61,795 nucleotides of DNA from a virus (taxonomy: Duplodnaviria > Caudoviricetes): positions 1 to 61,795 of IMG/VR virus record IMGVR_UViG_3300031825_000009, one strand, 5' to 3'. Position numbers and translations under genes: made by a program. The notes beneath the pieces were generated by a model. That model was not told the origin of the DNA, ran no database searches, and saw only the letters and a list, made by a program, of their open reading frames with translations. Positions within the stretch are counted from its first letter, which is position 1. Each line of letters starts with the position of its first letter. Shown here piece by piece: positions 26,424 to 34,540 of this stretch.

Positions 26424-27434
26424 TCAGGACTCCGGCGCGCCTTCGAAGACGGGCAGGCCGGTGCGGTTCGCGACCAACAGGAGGTCGTTGCGCACCCGCT
26501 CGGTGACGAAGAACTCCGGCCGCCAGATCTGGATGGTCCACCGGACCCGGCTGCCGGAGACGCGGTAGCGCAGGCGGGCCGGGATGCGCGCGAGATCGCC
26601 CATGAAGAACGGGGCGATCTGCAGCATGAACAGGCCGGGCACCTTGAGCGGCTTGCCGCTCGCGTCCTTGTGGCTCTCTTCCCACTGCAGCTGCCCCTCG
26701 CCGGTCTGCAGCGTGACGGCGGACTTCACGACCGAGTCGACGTTGACCTGCAGGCCGCGGGCGAGCTGGATGAGGTCGGCCGGCGTCGCGAGGGTGGTGC
26801 CGAACTGACGCTCGAGCTCGACCCGCTCGAAGTCCGTCGGGCTCGACAGTTCGGCGATGCGATCCTCGAGGAAGGCGGCGAACTCGCCCTGCTCCATCGG
26901 CTCGCCGTTCATCTTGATCCAGGCCTTCCACTCCTCGGAGAGCGGGAACGGGTAGACGATGCGGTGCCTCAGGTTCTCGGCCGCGCCCACCTCGACGGCG
27001 CCACCCTCGGGCGCCGCACCGTTGAGGCGGTGATAGTCGACGACGGTGGTGAGGCTCGGCTTCGTCCAGTCGGAATCGGCGAAGACGGCGGTGTGCTCGG
27101 TCATGTGCCGGGCGGTGAGATCGATGAAGGACCGCAGCGTCTGCGCCTTGGCGGTGCCCGCCTTGGCGCGCGGCTTAGTGCGCCACGCGCCGAGGAGTTG
27201 GCTGAGGTCGCGCACCTCCGGCTTGTCGCCGCGCACGACGGCGACCGGGATCACGGCCGGCAGGCCGAGCCCGGCGTCGCCGGGCGGGGGCTCGACGGTG
27301 GTGATCGAAATGCCGGACGCCTCGGCGCCGAGCTTGGCGAGCGCCTCGACGGCGGTCTCGCCGATGTTGAGGACGTCGGACGGCCAGGGCGCGAGTGGCT
27401 CGATGCGGTCGGGGGGCGTGGGGTCGGTGGTCAC
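26424..27434 (-). CDS. DUF2303 / YfdQ-family prophage protein
   Basis: VVDYH, LSEEWKAW, QGEFAAFLEDRI, ARLRYR. Confidence 0.8.
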   Translation of the reverse strand: MTTDPTPPDRIEPLAPWPSDVLNIGETAVEALAKLGAEASGISITTVEPPPGDAGLGLPAVIPVAVVRGDKPEVRDLSQLLGAWRTKPRAKAGTAKAQTLRSFIDLTARHMTEHTAVFADSDWTKPSLTTVVDYHRLNGAAPEGGAVEVGAAENLRHRIVYPFPLSEEWKAWIKMNGEPMEQGEFAAFLEDRIAELSSPTDFERVELERQFGTTLATPADLIQLARGLQVNVDSVVKSAVTLQTGEGQLQWEESHKDASGKPLKVPGLFMLQIAPFFMGDLARIPARLRYRVSGSRVRWTIQIWRPEFFVTERVRNDLLLVANRTGLPVFEGAPES

Positions 27435-27477
27435 GGGTGGTCTCCTCTCGGTCGGGGCTCGGGAAAGGGGCGCGCGG

Positions 27478-27822
27478 TCAGGCGCTCTCGGTCTCGGCGC
27501 GGACGGCGCGGGGGGCGAACATGTCGGTCTGCTGCGGGTGCTCGGTCGACAGCGAGCCGTCGTCGAGAACCCAATAGAAATTCGACCCGCGGACCGGCTT
27601 CGGGCGCTTCGAATCGATGGCGGCCGAGATGGTGGCGGTCGCGTCCGAGACCTCGATGTCGAGGGTCAGGGTCACCTTGCCCTTCACCTTGGACTTCGGC
27701 CGGTCGCCGGCCAGATCCTTCAGGGCGGCGAGGGTGCCGGTGATCTCGCTCGAGAGGGCGGCGGCGACGTCGCCGCCCTCGAGCATGCCGATGATCATGG
27801 TGGCGTCGCGGATCTTCTTCAT
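27478..27822 (-). CDS. Phage protein usually paired with DUF2303 (YfdP-like)
   Basis: KGKVTLTLDI...FYWVLDDGSLSTEHPQQTDMF. Confidence 0.7.
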   Translation of the reverse strand: MKKIRDATMIIGMLEGGDVAAALSSEITGTLAALKDLAGDRPKSKVKGKVTLTLDIEVSDATATISAAIDSKRPKPVRGSNFYWVLDDGSLSTEHPQQTDMFAPRAVRAETESA

Positions 27823-27874
27823 GGGGGGCTCCCGTTGGTCGCGGCAGTGGGCAGTCGGCGGTGGGCAGTCGGGG

Positions 27875-28456
27875 TCAGAGGGCGGCGAGCGGCGCTGCCG
27901 CCGCCGGGCTTCGGACGGCGGCGGCCATGGCGGCGGCGTCGAGGGCCGGCCACCACGGGGCGAGGGTCGCCGCGAGCGTGCGGGCGGCGGCGTGGGGATC
28001 GTCGAGGGCGGCCTCGAAGGCGATGCGGATGAGCGGCGTGCCGCTCGCCTTCACCGCCCGGCGCATCGCCTCCTGCGCGCGGTGCGCGGCGACGACGGCG
28101 GCCGAGGGCGGCGCGGCGCCGGCGGCGGCGAGCTCCGGCCGGGCGGTGAGGAGGGCGCCCATGCGCCGGCGGGCGTGGGCGACGAGGCCGCGCTCGACGA
28201 CCACGGCGAGGCGCGGCCACGCGAGGGCCGCGACGACCGGAACCGCCATGGGCTCGCGGACGACGACGGCGACGCCGCGCGCGCCGCCGGCGCCGGTGAG
28301 CGCGGCGGCCTCGACGACCGGGACGCCGCCGGCGGCGAGCATGGTCGCGACGAGGCCGGCGCCGCCGTGTGGCGGGGCGGCGAGGATGAGGAGGGGGCGG
28401 GCGCCGGAGGCGCGGCAATGGGCAGTGGGCAGTCGGCAGTCGGGGGCGCGGGTCAT
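27875..28456 (-). CDS. Hypothetical protein, degenerate sulfotransferase-like
   Basis: LLILAAPPHGGAGLVATMLAAGG and IAFEAALDDP resemble sulfotransferase motifs but lack the RSGT loop. Confidence 0.4.
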   Translation of the reverse strand: MTRAPDCRLPTAHCRASGARPLLILAAPPHGGAGLVATMLAAGGVPVVEAAALTGAGGARGVAVVVREPMAVPVVAALAWPRLAVVVERGLVAHARRRMGALLTARPELAAAGAAPPSAAVVAAHRAQEAMRRAVKASGTPLIRIAFEAALDDPHAAARTLAATLAPWWPALDAAAMAAAVRSPAAAAPLAAL

Positions 28457-28974
28457 TCGCAGCCCCTGCCGATGTCGCCCTTGTCGTCGGGCGCGACGAA
28501 CTGCTGCCAGGGGCGGAAGCCCTGCGGGCACCAGAAGCCCCATTCGCGGACGCGCGGGCCGGTGAGGAAGAGGGTGAGCGCGGGCCGGGCCACCACCTCG
28601 AGGCGGTGGGCGAAGCGCGGGCCGCGCCAGACGACGTCGCCGGCGGCGACGACGCGGGTCCGGTGCAGGGCCGGGTCGCGCGGGTCGTCGCCGGGGCGCA
28701 CCCAGATGCTTCGCGGCGCGTAGGTCTCGCGCATCATGCCGGCGAGGCAGATCGACAGGGACGGCCACGGGTGGTCGTGCAGGGCGCGGTCGTCGTCGTC
28801 GCGGCGGAAGTCGTGCAGGTAGACGTTGCCGACCGCGTTGCGGCGGAGGCCGTGCCAGCGCAGCAGATAGGGGTTCTCAGTGCCGCCGACGACGAAGTCG
28901 GGCGCGCGGGCGGCCATCGCCCGTTCGGCGCGGGCGCGCAGGCGGCGGAGGACGGGGGCGGGAACGCGGATCAT
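28453..28974 (-). CDS. Cupin-like phage protein
   Basis: YLHDF...LHDHPW...AHRL...TLFLTGPRVREWGF. Confidence 0.75.
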   Translation of the reverse strand: MIRVPAPVLRRLRARAERAMAARAPDFVVGGTENPYLLRWHGLRRNAVGNVYLHDFRRDDDDRALHDHPWPSLSICLAGMMRETYAPRSIWVRPGDDPRDPALHRTRVVAAGDVVWRGPRFAHRLEVVARPALTLFLTGPRVREWGFWCPQGFRPWQQFVAPDDKGDIGRGCE

Positions 28975-29186
28975 GGGGCCTCCGGCGGGCAGTCGGCAGC
29001 GGGCAGTCGGCAGTCGGGAAAGAGGAGCGGGAGGCGGTCGGCGCGCTTCGCGGACTCGGCCGTGCAGTCGCGGACGCCGCGCGCGATCACCGCCACGCTG
29101 AGGCCGACGCCGCCGAAGAGCACCGCGCTCGCGGCGACGACGGCGACGAACAGCGCGGCGGCGATGGCCACATCGCGCGGCATCAT
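28971..29186 (-). CDS. Small membrane protein
   Basis: Coupled hydrophobic ORF. Confidence 0.45.
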   Translation of the reverse strand: MMPRDVAIAAALFVAVVAASAVLFGGVGLSVAVIARGVRDCTAESAKRADRLPLLFPDCRLPAADCPPEAP

Positions 29187-29383
29187 GGCAGCACCCCAAC
29201 GGCGGCGAGGACGGCCGCGACGATCGCGAGGGTGAGGGCCGCGGAGACGAGGCCGGCCGCGAGATCCTGCGCGAGGCCGGCGGCGGCGCGGAGAAAGGCC
29301 CCGCGGGGCGGACGCCCCGCGGGGAAGTGCACCGCGGCGGGCATCGGCGCCACGGTGAGGGAGCGGGGGGACGGGGCGGCCAT
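29183..29383 (-). CDS. Small membrane protein
   Basis: Coupled ORF with hydrophobic C-terminus. Confidence 0.45.
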   Translation of the reverse strand: MAAPSPRSLTVAPMPAAVHFPAGRPPRGAFLRAAAGLAQDLAAGLVSAALTLAIVAAVLAAVGVLP

Positions 29384-29388
29384 GGTCG

Positions 29389-29670
29389 TCAGGCCGCGAC
29401 GGCGCGGGCCGCCTCGCGGCGGGCGAGCTTTTCGCCGGCGCGCTTGGCCGCCTCGGGAGCGAGCTCGATGATCTCGGCGGCCGAGAAGCCGTCGCGGGCG
29501 AGGTCGTCGGCAGTGACGGCGGCGCCGAGATCGGCCTCCGCCATGCGCTCGACCATCAAGGCGAGGAGCGCGCCCGGCCCGGCGATGCGGGCGGTGGCGA
29601 CGCGCTGGTGCAGCGGCGCCGGGGCGTAGGGCCGGAAGCCGAGAGGCGGCTGAGTAGTGTGGAGGCGCAT
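29389..29670 (-). CDS. First gene of the PL operon, hypothetical
   Basis: GGAG SD then ATG downstream of PL. Confidence 0.6.
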   Translation of the reverse strand: MRLHTTQPPLGFRPYAPAPLHQRVATARIAGPGALLALMVERMAEADLGAAVTADDLARDGFSAAEIIELAPEAAKRAGEKLARREAARAVAA

Positions 29671-29700
29671 GACCCATCTCCGAAGTGGCGATGGGTAGGC

Positions 29701-29743
29701 ACGATAGGACTTTCCCTATCGCAGTCAATAGGCAAAAACCTAT
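29701..29743 (-). promoter_or_regulatory. PL promoter with operators OL1/OL2
   Basis: ATAGG-N6-CCTAT palindromes at 29704-29719 and 29728-29743; TTGACT-N16-TATCGT. Confidence 0.8.
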
Positions 29744-29814
29744 CGCATGCCCACCAGCGATAGGGCCCGATCCGGGGCGACGCTGTACTTCGCGCACCAC
29801 GTGCGAATCGGGTA

Positions 29815-30168
29815 GTGTGTTCCTCGGTGATTGCAGCCGGGGGAGGCCCGCGCGTGGCCGAGAGCACTATCGACCGAATCCGCTTGATCAGCGTCGAAAG
29901 CGGTCAAGGCAGGGCAAATGAGGCCGCATGGATCGTTAAGATGGGATACTTCGTCTCAGGCAGCGAGCCAATGGCGCTTGTTACGTGGCATTTGGCCAAG
30001 AAAGATTTCGACGAGGGGGATGTTGTGCGAGTGGCACGACATTATTTTCATAAACTAGCTGGGCATCTTTCTGAGGAAACTCGACCTTGGGAGATTCCAT
30101 CGAGCGAGCTTGAAACTCTGAAGAAGGGAGCCAAGCTCCAGCCTCCCAACAAACCTGCTACGTCATAG
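29815..30168 (+). CDS. Hypothetical moron protein (start uncertain)
   Basis: Lower-GC ORF in the OL-cI accessory slot. Confidence 0.5.
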   Translation: MCSSVIAAGGGPRVAESTIDRIRLISVESGQGRANEAAWIVKMGYFVSGSEPMALVTWHLAKKDFDEGDVVRVARHYFHKLAGHLSEETRPWEIPSSELETLKKGAKLQPPNKPATS

Positions 30169-30194
30169 GCTCAAGCTTCAATGAGAAGCCAGGT

Positions 30195-30377
30195 TCATTG
30201 TCCGGGCTTTTCCGTCTTCGGCTTACCAGCCTTGTGCTTGTCGGTTGGCGGTGCCGCCTTGGCGATGCGCCGGAGAACAGCGTTGAAGCACGCTTCGTCG
30301 TTGCTAAAGTCGAGGTCCCGCGCGGCGGCTTGAAATTTCGCAGACTGCGATTCTCCGGACTTCTTGGCTTGGCTCAT
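30195..30377 (-). CDS. Small hypothetical protein
   Basis: SQSAKFQAAARDL...DEACFNAVLRRIAK. Confidence 0.5.
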   Translation of the reverse strand: MSQAKKSGESQSAKFQAAARDLDFSNDEACFNAVLRRIAKAAPPTDKHKAGKPKTEKPGQ

Positions 30378-30428
30378 GCCCGAACCTCAATATCGCATGT
30401 TCGTTGATGATACCGGCAATGTGCATAC

Positions 30429-30619
30429 ACAGCCCCGACTTCAATCCGATAGAGCTGGCCTTCTCGAAGATGAAGGCCATCCTCAGGAAGGCGGCCGCCC
30501 GCACCCTCCCGGACCTCTGGGATGCGATCCGAGGCGCCATCGACGCCGTCACTCCGGGCGATGCACGCAGCTTCTTCACCGCCTGCGGCTATGAACCCGA
30601 ATGATCCGAATCTGCTCTA
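30429..30619 (+). mobile_element. Partial IS630 copy (3' 191 bp with right end)
   Basis: Near-identical to 31902-32092. Confidence 0.9.
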
Positions 30620-30658
30620 GCACTGATCTGCGTTTGTGACATACTTCCCGCGGCGATT

Positions 30659-31039
30659 GTGCCGCAAGGGGAGGGCGTTATGCCGGCTTCGCTCATAATA
30701 GAGACTGGACGATACACTTACGCAAATTACCTGCCATATGCTGGCAAAAAGAGTGCTCAAATTAAACTGGATAAATTCAAGGGCAAGTTTACTGAAATAA
30801 CGGATATCGTTGCTGGCATAGAAGGAATGCGTATCGCCAGTGTCGGCTACAATGCGGAGGAAGAAAAAGGAAGAAATAATCCATTAGTCCCTAACGAAAA
30901 CGATGTGATGTCCTCGGACACGGAGTTTAGTGTCAGGGGGCACGTGCTCGATGACAAACTATCGTGCGTAGTCGAAATTGTGGTAACGAGAGGGTACTTA
31001 CAGAACATAACTTTCACCTACATCATAATTGGACACTAG
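30659..31039 (+). CDS. AT-rich hypothetical cargo protein
   Basis: ORF between the two IS630 sequences; SD-supported ATG a few codons in. Confidence 0.6.
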   Translation: MPQGEGVMPASLIIETGRYTYANYLPYAGKKSAQIKLDKFKGKFTEITDIVAGIEGMRIASVGYNAEEEKGRNNPLVPNENDVMSSDTEFSVRGHVLDDKLSCVVEIVVTRGYLQNITFTYIIIGH

Positions 31040-32092
31040 AGCACATTCATCCGGGATTGAATCGGCTGGGGATTCCCTTGGCGAGTGATTTCTGATTCAC
31101 CGTGTGGACTGGCGAAGGAGGCCGGCTCGCATGGCGAACGCTCTTTCACTCGATCTTCGGCAGAGGGTTGTTGCAGCGGTCGAGGCCGGCGCGTCACGGC
31201 GGCAGGCGGCGGAGCGGTTCGGCGTCGGCGTCTCCTCTGCCATCCGCTGGGTTGCCCAGTCACAGGCGACGGGAGACCTCGAGCCGCGGCGGCGGGGCGG
31301 ATGTCGCCCGAGCCGCATCGACGGGCACGCCGATCTCATCAAGGACTGGATCGGCAGAGAGTTGGATCTGACGCTGGCGGAGATCGCCGAGAGGCTCGGC
31401 GAAGCCGTCGGCTACCGGCCGCCGCCGAGCGTGATGCACGACTTCTTCAAGCGCCGCGGCGTGACGCGCAAAAAAAGACGGCCCACGCCGCCGAGCAGGA
31501 CCGGCCGGACGTAGCGCACCGGCGACACACCTGGTTCGACGGCCAGCCGGACCTCGATCCCGAGCGCCTCGTCTCCATCGACGAAAGCGGCACCTCCACC
31601 AAGATGGCCCGCCTCTATGGCCGCGCGTCCCGGGGCGAGCGATGCCGGGCGCCGGTTCCGCACGGGCACTGGAAGACGACGACGTTCGTCGGGGGCCTCA
31701 CCCTTGCGGGCATCGTCGCGCCGATGACCATCGACGGCGCGATGACCGGCGCCGCCTTCCTCGCCTATGTCGAGCAGGTTCTGGTCCCGACCCTCAGGCC
31801 GGGCGACGTCGTCGTCCTTGACAATCTGCCGGCCCACAAGCCGGGCGCCATTCGCGAGGTCATTGAGGCCGCAGGAGCCGTCATGCACTTCCTGCCGCCA
31901 TACAGCCGCGACTTCAATCCGATAGAGCTGGCCTTCTCGAAGATGAAGGCCATCCTCAGGAAGGCGGCCGCCCGCACCCTCCCGGACCTCTGGGACGCGA
32001 TCCGAGGCGCCATCGACGCCGTCACTCCGGGCGATGCACGCAGCTTCTTCACCGCCTGCGGCCATGAACCCGAATGATCCGAATCTGCTCTA
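31037..32092 (+). mobile_element. IS630-family insertion sequence (orfA 31131-31514, orfB to 32077, A7G frameshift site at 31470-31477)
   Basis: TAGAGCA(C/G)ATTC terminal IRs with TA target; SIDESG, VLDNL, DFNPIE DDE motifs. Confidence 0.93.
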
Positions 32093-32162
32093 GGTCCCTG
32101 AATCGGAAGTTAGCTCACTCCGCATGGTTCCAAAGTATATAGTCACCACATTCAGAGGCTGG

Positions 32163-32516
32163 TCAGTCGAAGTACGATCCGTCGTTCACGGTCGCGAGGG
32201 AATCGCCGGACTGAAGTCCTTCGATCGTGATCATGCCGCGGCCGCCATCGTGGACCTGGCAGAATGCAGCGAGGGCGATCATGACCTTGTCGTCGTGCGG
32301 CACATGAGGCCAGACGCGGTCGTCAACAATCAGGTTTTGACCCCGCCCGCGATCGACGATGCCCGCCGTCTTCGCCGTCGAGAGAATACGATCACCTTGC
32401 TCTCTGGAGAGTTTGCCGCAGATGTCGCGCCCACGTGCCCCGTCATCGTCGCCGACGTAGATGAATAACAAGGCGATCATGGCAACGAGGAAAATGGTGC
32501 CCAGAAGTGCTCGCAA
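32163..32516 (-). CDS. Membrane-anchored/secreted protein downstream of cI
   Basis: N-terminal TM segment, AAGAGGGGAG SD, co-oriented with cI. Confidence 0.6.
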   Translation of the reverse strand: MRALLGTIFLVAMIALLFIYVGDDDGARGRDICGKLSREQGDRILSTAKTAGIVDRGRGQNLIVDDRVWPHVPHDDKVMIALAAFCQVHDGGRGMITIEGLQSGDSLATVNDGSYFD

Positions 32517-32543
32517 TTGAGCTCCCCTCTTCTTAGATCGGCA

Positions 32544-33305
32544 TCAGTCCGTCGTAAATCGTCCGATGACGCGTCCAACGATGGAGATTTCTTCGAGCAC
32601 GCGCTCGCGCGGTGTATGCCGCGGGTTGTCTGACTGCACCAGAACCCGTATCGGCTCTTCGCCGATGACCGAAACAACCTCGAGCCGCTTGACTTCGACC
32701 CCGCCGAACGCGTCGGCCAACGCATAGACGCCTGGGGGCGATGGCCGTCGGTGGGTGATGTCGACGAAGACGACGTCACCGTTGCGGATCGTGGGCATCA
32801 TCGAGTCGCCGGCGACGGGGAAGCACGCGACACTGCTCGCCTTCGCGTTCAGCTGAGACCGCAACAGCCATGGCGGCAGCCGCCACCAGTCCCGCAACTC
32901 CTCGGCGGCATAGGTGTGGCCGTTGGAACCCGCCTCCTGAGTGACGATCGACAATGTGCCCGGCCCGAGCCCGCCGGTGACGAGAACCTCAGGGATGGCG
33001 TCGTCGGGAATGCCGCGCCGACCGGTCTCGCTGCCGATGGTCGGAGGATGCTCGGGCGCGCGCTCCTGGAATGAGCGCACGGGCGCACCGAGAGAGACCT
33101 CGTCGACGCCGAGAATGTCCGCGAGCCGCTGCCGGTCGGTCTCCTTCAGATGCCGCGGGACGCCCCTGTTCAGGAACTGTTGGATGAAGGCCGGGTTGCG
33201 GCCGATCTCCCGCGACAGCGTCGACATGTCGATCTCGCGATCCTCGATGAGGGTCGCGAGGAACACGCGAGCGGGCGAGCGGTCGAACAGTTTGGTCGGA
33301 GCCAT
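32544..33305 (-). CDS. cI: CI-like repressor (HTH + S24 peptidase)
   Basis: LSREIGRNPAFIQQFL HTH; GDSMMPTIRNGD and VKRL catalytic Ser/Lys. Confidence 0.9.
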   Translation of the reverse strand: MAPTKLFDRSPARVFLATLIEDREIDMSTLSREIGRNPAFIQQFLNRGVPRHLKETDRQRLADILGVDEVSLGAPVRSFQERAPEHPPTIGSETGRRGIPDDAIPEVLVTGGLGPGTLSIVTQEAGSNGHTYAAEELRDWWRLPPWLLRSQLNAKASSVACFPVAGDSMMPTIRNGDVVFVDITHRRPSPPGVYALADAFGGVEVKRLEVVSVIGEEPIRVLVQSDNPRHTPRERVLEEISIVGRVIGRFTTD

Positions 33306-33379
33306 AGGAGAAATCCTATTGATCAACCCGCTTGCACGCGAATAGGATTATGCCTATCTTCGGATAGGAAGTTGCCTAC
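33304..33379. promoter_or_regulatory. OR operators (three) and PR promoter
   Basis: ATAGG-N6-CCTA(T/C) at 33304-33319, 33342-33357 and 33364-33379; TTGCAC-N17-TATCTT. Confidence 0.85.
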
Positions 33380-33389
33380 GGGACGCGCG

Positions 33390-33614
33390 ATGAGCTTCGT
33401 TGACACATTCAGAACGGCGGTTGAGGCGTTCCTCGTCGAGACCGGGATGTCCGCGACCGCGCTCGGCGTGGCCGCCGTCAAGGATCCCAACTTCGTCGGA
33501 GATCTGCGCAGCGGGCGCGACCCGCGCGGGTCGACGATCGACGCTGTGATGACGTTCATGACCAGCGAGCGCGCTCGCAGGGCATCCTCCCCCGCCGCCG
33601 AGGCCGCCGAATGA
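33390..33614 (+). CDS. Cro-like protein
   Basis: VEAFLVETGMSATALGVAAVKDPNFVGDLRSGR; divergent from cI. Confidence 0.8.
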   Translation: MSFVDTFRTAVEAFLVETGMSATALGVAAVKDPNFVGDLRSGRDPRGSTIDAVMTFMTSERARRASSPAAEAAE

Positions 33615-33671
33615 GCCGGCTGGACGCCCTCGCCCGCACGCTCGGCCGGCGGGCCGCCCGGCGGGCGCGGC

Positions 33672-33944
33672 TCATGGCGGCGGACCGACCGCGGACGCTT
33701 CCATGGCGGCCGCGGCCGTCTCGAAGGCGAGCTGCAGCGCCTCGGCGAGGGGCGGCGCATCGGCTGCTGCGGCGGCTGCGGCGTCTCCTGCCGTGCGCAG
33801 CCCGTCGGCGGTGGCGAACATGACGGCCGGGACCGCCTCGCCGGTGACGACGCCGGCCGCGACGAGGGCATCGAGCAGGGCGCGCGCGGCGAGCGCCTGG
33901 ACCGTTTCGAGCGCGGCGATGCGCGCGGCCATCCCGATCGACAT
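33672..33944 (-). CDS. Antisense hypothetical protein
   Basis: GGAGGG SD then ATG; helical ORF. Confidence 0.5.
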   Translation of the reverse strand: MSIGMAARIAALETVQALAARALLDALVAAGVVTGEAVPAVMFATADGLRTAGDAAAAAAADAPPLAEALQLAFETAAAAMEASAVGPPP

Positions 33945-34063
33945 CGTGGGTTCCCTCCCGCCGCGCCGGGAGCGCGGGCCGCCGTGACCTGACGATCCGG
34001 CCACCCGCCGACTGAAGCACCGCCGAACCGGTTTCGCAGCGAAAAAACGCGAGGGCGATTTTC

Positions 34064-34540
34064 GTGGACAGCAGAGCTTTGCCCGCCGGCCTGATTCCGG
34101 CGCTGAAGGAGGCGACCCGCGCCGCGGTGCTCGCCGCCGGCGGCGTCAAGCGCGTGTGCGAGATCACCCGGCTCTCGGCGCCCTACCTCTCGAAGTGCCA
34201 GGGCGACGCCTATCCGGACCTGCTGCCGCCGTGGGCGATGGCACTCGTCGAATTCCACGCCCAGGCCCCCGTCTTCGCCAACGCCTTCGCCTCGCTCACG
34301 TCGCACCGGGTGATGCCGATCGCCGAAGGCGGCGGCGACGACAGCGGCGGGCACATCGCCGACCTCGCCGCGGTGGCGATGGCGGCCGCGGCGGTGACCG
34401 CCACGATGGCCGAAAACGCCGCCGACGGCGTGGTGACCGCGCGCGAGGCGAAGGGCGAGATGCGCCAGATCGGCGCGCTCGAGCGGGTGATGGACCGGCG
34501 CAAGCGCCGGCTCGCCGTGGTGGTGGGAGGCGGGGCATGA
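34064..34540 (+). CDS. CII-like regulatory protein
   Basis: LKEATRAAVLAAGG...LSKC; ADGVVTAREA C-terminus; downstream of cro. Confidence 0.65.
   Translation: MDSRALPAGLIPALKEATRAAVLAAGGVKRVCEITRLSAPYLSKCQGDAYPDLLPPWAMALVEFHAQAPVFANAFASLTSHRVMPIAEGGGDDSGGHIADLAAVAMAAAAVTATMAENAADGVVTAREAKGEMRQIGALERVMDRRKRRLAVVVGGGA

Larger units (their letters stand above)
27843..29017. repeat. Three clusters of tandem GGCAGT(C/G) heptamers
   Basis: Arrays at ~27843-27872, ~28414-28443 and ~28986-29017, each at a gene junction. Confidence 0.75.

Noticed and set aside
27843-29017. Possible CRISPR array
   Set aside because: Only tandem heptamers; no repeat-spacer periodicity and no cas genes
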